A stretch of 64,000 nucleotides of DNA. Origin: an uncultured Acidobacteriota bacterium (GTDB lineage Bacteria > Acidobacteriota > Vicinamibacteria > Vicinamibacterales > SCN-69-37). Shown piece by piece: positions 1-8,148 of the stretch (the stretch's first letter is position 1; every line of letters begins with the position of its first letter). The notes under the pieces are model-generated. The model searched no databases. It saw only the letters and a list, made by a program, of their open reading frames with translations, and was not told where the DNA came from. The stretch covers positions 279,569 to 343,568 of the forward strand of contig CAVRVJ010000003.1 of NCBI GenBank assembly GCA_963724645.1. Direction: 5' to 3'. The position numbers and the translations under genes are program-made.

Positions 1-1
1 A

Positions 2-130
2 ATCGCCGCAGCGATCGCGCGTCTCGACGCCGACCGCCGGCGCGCCGAGACGATGGGGGATGCCGGCTACGAACGGGCCCGCGCGATTACCTGGACCGGC
101 GTCGTCGAGAAACTGGTGGGCGGCGGATGA
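2..130 (+). CDS. 3' end of a GT4-type glycosyltransferase (partial, window edge)
   Basis: Frame 2 reads IAAAIARLDADRRRAETMGDAGYERARAITWTGVVEKL, a typical GT-B C-terminal helix; stop overlaps the next ATG (ATGA). Confidence 0.7.
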   Translation: MAAAIARLDADRRRAETMGDAGYERARAITWTGVVEKLVGGG

Positions 131-1107
131 AGAAGCTCATCATCCAGATTCCGTGCCTGAACGAGGCGGCCACGCTGCCCCAGACCGTGACCGATCTCCC
201 GCGGGAGATTGCGGGCATCGACGTCATTGAAGTCCTGGTGATCGACGACGGGTCGCGCGACGGCACGGCCGAAGTCGCGCGCTCGCTCGGCGTCAGTCAG
301 GTGGTGCGATTCCGCCGGCACAAGGGGCTGGCCGCGGCGTTCACCGCCGGGATCGATGCCTGCCTGAAGCGCGGCGCCGATATCATTGTCAACACCGATG
401 CGGACAATCAGTATGCGGGCCGCGACATTCCACGGCTGATCGAGCCGCTGCTGGCGGGTCGCGCGGACATCGTCATCGGCGATAGGAATATTCGCGACCT
501 GGCCCACATGTCGTGGCCCAAGAAGCTGCTGCAGCGGCTGGGCAGCTGGACGGTCCGCCAGGTTTCGACCACGAATGTGCCGGACACAACAAGCGGTTTT
601 CGCGCGTACACACGCGAGGCCGCCCTGCGAATGACGATCGTGTCGGAGTTCTCGTACACGCTCGAGTCGATCATCCAGGCGGGCAAGAAACGCATGGCGG
701 TCGTGCACGTCGAAGTCAACACCAACCCTGACACGCGAGAGTCACGGCTGTTCAGCAACATGTTCTCGTATATCAAGCAGTCGTCGGCGACGATTGTGAG
801 GATCTACGCGATGTACGAGCCGCTCAAGGTCTTCACGTACATCGGCACGGTGCTCTTCCTCAGCGGGTTTCTCATCTCGCTCCGCTTCGTCTTCGACTAC
901 GTCATGAACGGCGGCTTCGGCCACATCCAGTCGCTGATTTTCTCCGCGGTCCTGATGATTGTCGGTTTTCAGGTCGTCCTCATCGGCCTGCTGGCCGACG
1001 TCATGTCCGGCACGCGAAAGCTGCTCGAGGACCTGCTGTACCGGGTCCGCGCGATGGAACTGCGCCAACGCAACATCCCCGCCGACGGCGACGGCCCGGA
1101 GTCCTGA
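127..1107 (+). CDS. GT2 glycosyltransferase (DPM1/GtrB-like, two C-terminal TM helices)
   Basis: IPCLNE, IDDGSRDGT, DAD motif, DTTSGFRAY. Confidence 0.9.
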   Translation: MKKLIIQIPCLNEAATLPQTVTDLPREIAGIDVIEVLVIDDGSRDGTAEVARSLGVSQVVRFRRHKGLAAAFTAGIDACLKRGADIIVNTDADNQYAGRDIPRLIEPLLAGRADIVIGDRNIRDLAHMSWPKKLLQRLGSWTVRQVSTTNVPDTTSGFRAYTREAALRMTIVSEFSYTLESIIQAGKKRMAVVHVEVNTNPDTRESRLFSNMFSYIKQSSATIVRIYAMYEPLKVFTYIGTVLFLSGFLISLRFVFDYVMNGGFGHIQSLIFSAVLMIVGFQVVLIGLLADVMSGTRKLLEDLLYRVRAMELRQRNIPADGDGPES

Positions 1108-1112
1108 GCGCG

Positions 1113-1973
1113 ATGGCAGATCCGGGCCTCGTGTCGATCGTCATCCCGGCCTGCAACGAGGCGGACGCGATCGGCGGCGTCGTTCGCGAGCTGGCCGCCC
1201 TGGCGCCCTGGCGCCAGATCCTCGTCGTCGACGACGGATCGACGGACGGGACCGCCGAGCTGGCGGAGTCGGCGGGCGCGCACGTGATTCGGCATCCATA
1301 CAAGAAAGGCAACGGTGCGGCGGTGAAAACCGGCATCAGGGCGGCCGCCGGCGAATACGTCCTCATCATCGACGGCGACGGCCAGCATCCGCCCGCCGAT
1401 GCCATCCGTCTGACGAATCGGCTCGGCGACTACGACCTCGTCGTCGGCGCGCGCGCGACCGAGACGCACGCGGGATTGGCGCGCCGGGCAGGCAACAACG
1501 TGCTGAACCGTCTCGCCAGTTATCTCGCCGACCGCCCGATTCCGGATCTGACGTCCGGCTTCCGGGCCGCGCGGCGCAGCGGCCTGCAGGAATTCATCCA
1601 TCTGCTGCCCAACGGCTTCTCGACGCCAACAACCACCACGTTGGCGTTTGTCAAGGCCGGGTACAGCGTGGCGTTCGAGCCGATCCATGCGCGCGAGCGC
1701 GCGGGCGCCTCCAAGATCCGGCTCGCGCGCGACGGCTTGAAGTTTCTGCTCATCGTCCTGCGAGTGATCACGATCTACAGTCCGTTCAAGGTGTTTCTGC
1801 CAATCGCCGTAGCCTCCTTTGTCCTGGGGATCGCCTACGCAGCCTGGACGATTCCCACGCAGGCGCACATCACGCCGACCTCAGTGCTGCTGATCTCGCT
1901 CGGTGTGATGGTGTTTCTGGTCGGCCTGATTTCCGAGCAGATCTCTGCCCTTCGTTTCGAGGGAAGGAAGTGA
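1113..1973 (+). CDS. GT2 glycosyltransferase (DPM1/GtrB-like)
   Basis: IPACNE, VDDGSTDGT, DGDGQH, DLTSGFRA, two C-terminal TMs. Confidence 0.9.
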   Translation: MADPGLVSIVIPACNEADAIGGVVRELAALAPWRQILVVDDGSTDGTAELAESAGAHVIRHPYKKGNGAAVKTGIRAAAGEYVLIIDGDGQHPPADAIRLTNRLGDYDLVVGARATETHAGLARRAGNNVLNRLASYLADRPIPDLTSGFRAARRSGLQEFIHLLPNGFSTPTTTTLAFVKAGYSVAFEPIHARERAGASKIRLARDGLKFLLIVLRVITIYSPFKVFLPIAVASFVLGIAYAAWTIPTQAHITPTSVLLISLGVMVFLVGLISEQISALRFEGRK

Positions 1974-3253
1974 CGACGAGTGACGCCGGGAGTCTTTTTG
2001 CGAAAAACGCAAAAGGACTCCCGGCATCATTTCTTGGCAGCGCCGCTCTGCTCGGCCTCCTCCTTCGCCTGCTCTTCTCATTCGGTTATTGGACCGGACA
2101 GCCGCTCACGCGCGATGAGCGGGAGTACTTGTCGCTCGCGCGCAGCCTGACGACGGGACAAGGATTCGTCTATGACGCCGCTTTGCTCGCCGACGACCCG
2201 GATCCATTCGGCCGCGCGCCAGGCTACCCGGTGTTCCTGGCGCTCGCAGGTGGAGGGGCGGCCGTCAGCACGAGCGTCCCGGCAACGGTCAAGATCGCGC
2301 AAGCGTGCGTCGGCGCCATCGGCGTCGTGCTGATTGGTGTCGTCGCCGGCCGGCTCGCGGGCCCTGCCGCCGCTGGGTCCGCCGCGCTCATTGCGGCCTG
2401 TTATCCACCGCTCGTCTGGATCGCCGCTTATGCGTACAGCGAGGCCATCGTCTGGCCCCTCGGCCTCGTCGTGGTCTGGCTGTTCGATCGAGCACTCAGC
2501 GCGCAGGGATCGGCTCATCGGGTCACCATGCTCCTCTGCGGCGGCCTCGCAGGCCTCACGATTCTCATCCGGCCCTCTACGATGTTCTTCCTGCTGTTGG
2601 CGACGGGCTGGCTGCTCTGGCGGCGGAGGTTCATGTTCGCGGTGGCTTTCGCAGTTGGTGCGGTCATCGTCGTGGCCCCGTGGAGCGCGAGAAACTATCG
2701 AGAGTACGGACGGTTCGTCGCCGTCGCGACCGAGGGCGGCGTGACCTTCTGGACCGGCAATCATCCGCTGGCGATCGGTGAGGGAGATTTCGCTGCGAAT
2801 CCGAATCTCAAGCGAGAGAGCCTCGCGTTGCGGGCGCGGCATCCGGCACTCAGCGAAGAGCAGATGGAGCCGGTCTACTATGACGAAGCGTTTGCCTGGA
2901 TCCGCGGGCATCCCTGGCGGTGGCTGACGCTGGAGGGTCGAAAGATTTTTTACCTCCTCATACCTGTCGGCCCCTCGTACCGTCTGCATTCGCTGCGGTA
3001 TTACGCCGCTTCCGTGATGTCGTACGCCTTGCTCCTGCCGGCTGCCCTGATTGGAGCCTGGCGGGTGGGTGCAGGCTGGCGGAGGGCGCCCGGATTGTGG
3101 CTGCTCGGGGCCTCCGCCGCCGTCGCGTCCCTCGTGTTCTTCCCGCAGGAGCGGTTCAGGATTCCGGTGATCGATCCCGTGCTGGTCGTCTGCGCCGGCG
3201 CGGTGTTCATGCCTGAAGAGGTGCGGCGCGACGCAGTCCGCCGGGTGCCATGA
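1970..3253 (+). CDS. GT-C membrane glycosyltransferase (ArnT/PMT-like)
   Basis: GTG overlaps the upstream stop; DE motif (TRDEREY) after TM1, RAPGYP, PWSARNY, QERFR; many TMs. Confidence 0.8.
   Translation: MTTSDAGSLFAKNAKGLPASFLGSAALLGLLLRLLFSFGYWTGQPLTRDEREYLSLARSLTTGQGFVYDAALLADDPDPFGRAPGYPVFLALAGGGAAVSTSVPATVKIAQACVGAIGVVLIGVVAGRLAGPAAAGSAALIAACYPPLVWIAAYAYSEAIVWPLGLVVVWLFDRALSAQGSAHRVTMLLCGGLAGLTILIRPSTMFFLLLATGWLLWRRRFMFAVAFAVGAVIVVAPWSARNYREYGRFVAVATEGGVTFWTGNHPLAIGEGDFAANPNLKRESLALRARHPALSEEQMEPVYYDEAFAWIRGHPWRWLTLEGRKIFYLLIPVGPSYRLHSLRYYAASVMSYALLLPAALIGAWRVGAGWRRAPGLWLLGASAAVASLVFFPQERFRIPVIDPVLVVCAGAVFMPEEVRRDAVRRVP
1981..2029. repeat. Palindromic REP-like element inside a CDS (22-bp arms)
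   Basis: TGACGCCGGGAGTCTTTTTGCG-AAAAA-CGCAAAAGGACTCCCGGCATCA. Confidence 0.8.
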
Positions 3254-3981
3254 CGTTTCTGGTCGTGCTGCCGACGTACAACGAACGGCTGAACCTCGAG
3301 CGTGTGACCGCGGGCATCCTGCAGCACGACGGCGCACGGCTGCTCGTCGTTGACGACAATTCACCGGACGGCACCGGACAGATCGCGGACGAGCTCGCCT
3401 GCCGCTTTCCTGGCCGCCTCGAGGTCATGCACCGCCGCGGACCACGCGGTCTTGGCCGTTCGTACATCGACGGGCTCCGCCGCGCGCTCGCAACCGACGC
3501 CGACGTCATCTGCCAGATGGATGCGGATCTGTCGCACGATCCTTCGTATCTGCCGGCGCTGATCGATGCAACGAAGACGTTCGATGTGGTCATCGGATCG
3601 CGCTATCTCGGCGACACCGTCAGCGTCGTCAACTGGCCCATTCACCGGATCGTGCTCAGCGCCTTCGCGAACCGGTACATCCGGCTCGTCACCGGCCTCA
3701 ATTCCTACGATTGCACCAGTGGCTATCGGGCATGGCGGCGTGATGCCCTGGCCAAACTGCCGCTCGATGACGCCCGGACGAACGGGTACGCGTTTCTGAC
3801 CGAAATGCTGTTCGAGGCCGGGCGGCTCGGCTGCCGGATCGGCGAGGTGCCAATCGTCTTCGTCGAGCGGCAGGAGGGCTACTCGAAAGTCTCGTGGAAG
3901 GTCCTCGCGGAATCGCTGCTGACGCCCTGGCGGCTGATCGCTCACGCCGGCCGGCTACCACGCCGGACGCCCGGTTCCTGA
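3250..3981 (+). CDS. Polyprenol monophosphomannose synthase-like GT2
   Basis: [42 protein letters not shown]. Confidence 0.9.
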   Translation: MTFLVVLPTYNERLNLERVTAGILQHDGARLLVVDDNSPDGTGQIADELACRFPGRLEVMHRRGPRGLGRSYIDGLRRALATDADVICQMDADLSHDPSYLPALIDATKTFDVVIGSRYLGDTVSVVNWPIHRIVLSAFANRYIRLVTGLNSYDCTSGYRAWRRDALAKLPLDDARTNGYAFLTEMLFEAGRLGCRIGEVPIVFVERQEGYSKVSWKVLAESLLTPWRLIAHAGRLPRRTPGS

Positions 3982-3986
3982 CTCGC

Positions 3987-5201
3987 ATGCGTCACGTCGC
4001 AGTCATGGTGACAACGTCGTACCCGCGGTTCCCCGGGGACGGGGTCGGCAGCTTCATGGAACCCATTGCCAAGGGGCTGGCTGCGCGCGGCCACGAGATC
4101 CATGTGGTGGCCCCATGGCATCCCGCGATAACCCGGCCGAAGGTCGAAGATGGCGTGCACTTTCATTTCTTCCGGTACGCGCCCGCGCAGTCGCTCAACA
4201 TCTTCGGCTACGCAGAAGGGCTGCGGGCCGACACGCATTTGCGGGCCGCGGTCTGGGCGGTCGCGCCGCTGGCGATGACCGCCGGCTGGTTCAAGGCCTG
4301 GCGCGTTGCGACAAAAAGACATGCCACCGTCATGCACGGCCACTGGATCGTGCCCGGCGGGATCATGGCCGCTGCCGCAGCCCGGCGTCTGCCGCTGGTG
4401 ATCAGCCTTCATGGATCGGATGTCTTCGTCGCGGAACGTCATGCCATCGCCCGAGCCGCCGCCCGTCGCGTCCTTCATCGAGCATCATGGGTGACCGCCC
4501 CGAGCGACGACTTGCGCCGCCGCGCCCAGCAACTCGGCGCGGACCCTGCCCGAGTCGAGACCGTTCCCTACGGCGTGGATGCCGATCGCTTCGCGCCCAG
4601 TCCGGCGATTGCCGCGGACGTCCGGCGCGACCTGTCACTTGGCAGTGGACCCGTAATCTTTGCGGCCGGCCGGCTCGTCCGCAAGAAAGGTTTTGAACAC
4701 CTGATCGCGGCCACGCGCACCCTCGCGACAACCCACCCGAGCGTACGCCTCCTGATCGCCGGCGACGGCGACCTCCGGGACGAGCTCACCACGCAGGCGG
4801 CCTCGGCCTCTCCCGCGCGAGTCACACTCCTGGGCAATCGGTCGCAGGACGAAGTTGCCCGACTCATCACGGCCGCCGACGTCGTCGCGGTGCCATCGGT
4901 GCGCGACGAGGCCGGCAACGTCGACGGTTTGCCGAATTTCGCGCTCGAGGCGCTCGCTTCGGGCACGCCGGTCGTCGCCTCGAGGGTGGGCGGGCTGCCG
5001 CAGACGATTGACGACGGCGTCACCGGGCTGCTGGTCCCCGAGCGGGATCCGTCGGCGCTTGCGAACGCGATGGCGGCGCTCATCGACCGGCCCGACTGGG
5101 CGCGTGCCCTCGGACAACGAGCCCGCGCGAGGGTGATTCAAGACTTCGGCTGGGCCCGAGTGGCCGAGCGATTCGAGAGTGCATACAATTCGCGCACGTG
5201 A
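3987..5201 (+). CDS. GT4 glycosyltransferase
   Basis: TTSYPRFPGD, GRLVRKKG, DGLPNFALEALASGTPVV. Confidence 0.9.
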   Translation: MRHVAVMVTTSYPRFPGDGVGSFMEPIAKGLAARGHEIHVVAPWHPAITRPKVEDGVHFHFFRYAPAQSLNIFGYAEGLRADTHLRAAVWAVAPLAMTAGWFKAWRVATKRHATVMHGHWIVPGGIMAAAAARRLPLVISLHGSDVFVAERHAIARAAARRVLHRASWVTAPSDDLRRRAQQLGADPARVETVPYGVDADRFAPSPAIAADVRRDLSLGSGPVIFAAGRLVRKKGFEHLIAATRTLATTHPSVRLLIAGDGDLRDELTTQAASASPARVTLLGNRSQDEVARLITAADVVAVPSVRDEAGNVDGLPNFALEALASGTPVVASRVGGLPQTIDDGVTGLLVPERDPSALANAMAALIDRPDWARALGQRARARVIQDFGWARVAERFESAYNSRT

Positions 5202-5249
5202 CCGTTCTTGTTCGCTTCTGTCACCCGTGTTAGCGTGACAGCGCCGACG

Positions 5250-5996
5250 ATGGATTCAGGCGCCGTGACGCGGCCTGTTGGCCTCAGCATCTTCTTCCCC
5301 GCCTACAACGACAGCGGCACGATTGCCAGTCTGGTGATCGGCGCGCGGCGGACTGCACAGAAGCTCACGGACAATTTCGAAATCGTCGTCGTGAACGACG
5401 GCAGCGCCGACGCGACGGGCGAGATTGCCGACGAGCTGGCGCGAACGTATCCGGAAGTGCGCGTCATCCACCACGAGCGGAACAGGGGTTACGGCGGGGC
5501 CTTGCGCAGCGGCTTTCTTGGAGCTAGCAAGGAGCTGATCTTCTACACGGACGGGGACGCGCAGTACGACCCGACGGAGCTCGAAGCCCTCTGGCCGTAC
5601 ATGAAGCCCGGCGTGGATCTCGTCAATGGCTACAAGATCAGCCGGTCGGACCCGCTGCATCGAATCGTGATCGGACGCATCTACCACTACACTGTCAAGT
5701 GGTTGTTCGGACTGAAGGTCCGGGACGTGGACTGCGACTTCCGGCTCATCAGGCGATCGGTGTTCGACCGAGTCCACCTGGTCGAGGACAGTGGCGTAAT
5801 CTGTCTCGAGATGATGAAGAAGATCACCGACGCCGGCTTCGTGATCGCCGAGGTGCCGGTGCACCATTACCACCGGGCGTACGGCAAGTCGCAGTTCTTC
5901 AATTTCAAGCGGCTCTTCCGGACGGCGGTTGACGTCGCGAAGCTCTGGGTGCAGCTGGCGCTGCTCGGCCGCCATCGCCGATCGGATCGCGGATGA
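5250..5996 (+). CDS. GT2 glycosyltransferase (DPM1-like)
   Basis: FFPAYND, VNDGSAD, YTDGDAQYD, DVDCDFRL; start uncertain (5208-5266). Confidence 0.88.
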   Translation: MDSGAVTRPVGLSIFFPAYNDSGTIASLVIGARRTAQKLTDNFEIVVVNDGSADATGEIADELARTYPEVRVIHHERNRGYGGALRSGFLGASKELIFYTDGDAQYDPTELEALWPYMKPGVDLVNGYKISRSDPLHRIVIGRIYHYTVKWLFGLKVRDVDCDFRLIRRSVFDRVHLVEDSGVICLEMMKKITDAGFVIAEVPVHHYHRAYGKSQFFNFKRLFRTAVDVAKLWVQLALLGRHRRSDRG

Positions 5997-7006
5997 GCGG
6001 CGATTATCGCGACTTCTACCGCGGACGCCGCGTGCTGCTGACTGGCGGTCTGGGGTTTATCGGCTCCAATCTGGCACGCCGCCTGGCAGCGCTCGAGGCG
6101 GATGTCCTGATCGTCGACTCCCTGCTCTCCGACTACGGCGGCAATCTGTTCAACGTCGCGGATATCGAGGATCGGGTCCGCGTCAATATCGCCGACGTGC
6201 GCCAAGGCACGACCATGAGTTATCTCGTGCGCGGCAGGGACGTGATTTTCAACCTGGCCGGACAGGTCAGCCATATCGACAGCATGCGGGATCCTCACAC
6301 CGACCTCGAGATCAATTGCCGGAGCCAGTTGACCATTCTCGAGGCATGCCGGCAGCACAATCCGGCCACGAAGGTCGTGTTTGCCAGTACCCGTCAAATC
6401 TATGGGCGGCCCGATCGATTGCCTGTCGACGAGTCGCATCTCGTCCGGCCGACGGACGTCAACGGGATCAACAAGGCCGCTGGCGAGAATTACCACATCG
6501 TCTACAACAACGTGTTCGGCATCCGCGCCTGTTCCCTGCGGCTGACCAACGTCTACGGCCCACGCCAGCTCATCCGTCACAATCGCCAGGGTTTCATCGG
6601 CTGGTTCATCCGCCTGGCGCTCGAGGGGAAGCAGATTCAGATCTACGGCGACGGATCTCAGGTCCGCGACCTGGTCTATGTCGACGATGTGGCCGACGCT
6701 TTCCTCCGGGCCGGCGCGACTGATGACGTGAACGGCGATGTCTTCAATGTCGGCGGCGCTAACCCGATCGCGCATCGCGATCTCGTCGAGATCCTGATCG
6801 AAGAAGCGGGACGAGGATCGGCGCGGTTCGTCGAGTGGCCGGAAGAAATGAAGCGCATCGATATCGGATCGTTCTATTGCGATTCGTCGAAGTTCAAGCG
6901 CGCGACCGGGTGGGAGCCGCGCGTCGATTTGCGGGAAGGGTTCCGTCGTACGCTGGCGTACTATCGCGCGAATTTCGACCAGTACGTGGACGCGTCGCCG
7001 TCATGA
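5993..7006 (+). CDS. NAD-dependent epimerase/dehydratase
   Basis: TGGLGFIGS, NGINK variant of YxxxK, NVYGPRQ. Confidence 0.9.
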   Translation: MSGDYRDFYRGRRVLLTGGLGFIGSNLARRLAALEADVLIVDSLLSDYGGNLFNVADIEDRVRVNIADVRQGTTMSYLVRGRDVIFNLAGQVSHIDSMRDPHTDLEINCRSQLTILEACRQHNPATKVVFASTRQIYGRPDRLPVDESHLVRPTDVNGINKAAGENYHIVYNNVFGIRACSLRLTNVYGPRQLIRHNRQGFIGWFIRLALEGKQIQIYGDGSQVRDLVYVDDVADAFLRAGATDDVNGDVFNVGGANPIAHRDLVEILIEEAGRGSARFVEWPEEMKRIDIGSFYCDSSKFKRATGWEPRVDLREGFRRTLAYYRANFDQYVDASPS

Positions 7007-8088
7007 CGCCGCGCGTGCCCTTTCTGGCGCTGCGGCCGGGCCCCGATGCGCCCGCCATCCGCGCAGCCATCGACCGGGTAATCGAGCGCGGCTGGTTCAT
7101 TCTGGGCCCGGAACTGACGGCGTTCGAGCAGGAATTTGCCGCGGCCTCGGGCGCGCGGCACGCCGTGGGCGTCGGCACCGGTACGGACGCAATCGCCCTC
7201 GCTCTTCGTGCGCTCGGCATCGGTCCCGGCGACGAAGTGATCACCTCTCCGCTCTCGGCAGCGTACTCGGCTCTGGCCATCCTCATGGCGGGTGCGACGC
7301 CTGTGTTCGCGGATATCAGTCCCGATCGTCTGACGCTCGATCCCGGAGCCTGCGAGGCCGCCGTGACTTCGCGGACGGCGGCGCTGCTGCCTGTTCATCT
7401 GTACGGACAGCCCGCCGACATGCCGGCGTTCGAGGCGATCGCGCGACGACACGGTCTGGCCCTCGTGGAGGACGCGTGTCAGGCGCACGCGGCGACATCA
7501 GCAGACCGGCCGGTCGGCACGTTCGGCGCGGCCGGGGCCTTTAGCTTCTATCCGACAAAGAATCTCGGCGCCCTTGGTGATGCCGGCGCGGTCGTCACCA
7601 ACGACGGGGCGCTGGCCGAAAAACTCGGGCGCCTCCGCAATGGCGGCCAGACCGACAGGTATCGCCACGTGGAATTCGGCGTGAACAGCCGGCTCGACGA
7701 AATGCAGGCGGCCGTGCTCCGGGCGCGCCTGGCGCGGCTGCCCGCGTTGACTGCACGCCGCCGCGAACTGGCTGCGCGCTATCGTCGCGCGCTTGCCGGC
7801 GGCCCGTTGGTCGTGCCGCCGGAGTGCGATTCGGGTCACGTGTACCACTTGTTCCCGGTGCGCACGCCCGACCGCACGCGCTTCCAGGCGGCGCTCGCGG
7901 CGCGCGGCATCGAGACACTCGTGCACTACCCGATTCCGATCCCGCGCCAGCAGGCCTTCACTTCCTTGAATCCAGCGCCATGCCCGATCGCGGATCGCGT
8001 CTGCGCCGAAATCTGTTCTCTGCCCCTGCATCCACTTATGAGCAATGCGGATGTGGACATGGTCGCCGAGGCCGTCATGGGCGTGTAG
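7003..8088 (+). CDS. DegT/DnrJ/EryC1/StrS sugar aminotransferase
   Basis: GTDAI, PVHLYGQ, EDACQAH, SFYPTKNLGALGDAG. Confidence 0.93.
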   Translation: MTPRVPFLALRPGPDAPAIRAAIDRVIERGWFILGPELTAFEQEFAAASGARHAVGVGTGTDAIALALRALGIGPGDEVITSPLSAAYSALAILMAGATPVFADISPDRLTLDPGACEAAVTSRTAALLPVHLYGQPADMPAFEAIARRHGLALVEDACQAHAATSADRPVGTFGAAGAFSFYPTKNLGALGDAGAVVTNDGALAEKLGRLRNGGQTDRYRHVEFGVNSRLDEMQAAVLRARLARLPALTARRRELAARYRRALAGGPLVVPPECDSGHVYHLFPVRTPDRTRFQAALAARGIETLVHYPIPIPRQQAFTSLNPAPCPIADRVCAEICSLPLHPLMSNADVDMVAEAVMGV

Positions 8089-8091
8089 CGG

Positions 8092-8130
8092 GACGGAGGT
8101 CGCTCGATCGAACGCCCGAGCGACCCTGTC
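8092..8130. other. Intergenic stem-loop
   Basis: GGTCGCTCG-N10-CGAGCGACC with an outer GAC/GTC extension; no U-tract. Confidence 0.45.
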
Positions 8131-8148
8131 ACCATGTCGCGTTGATCT

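Noticed and set aside
959-1969. Apparent 764-aa ORF extending the GT-C gene upstream; similar extensions at 37135 and 34777
   Set aside because: The extensions are out-of-frame overlaps with clear genes and have shadow-like composition
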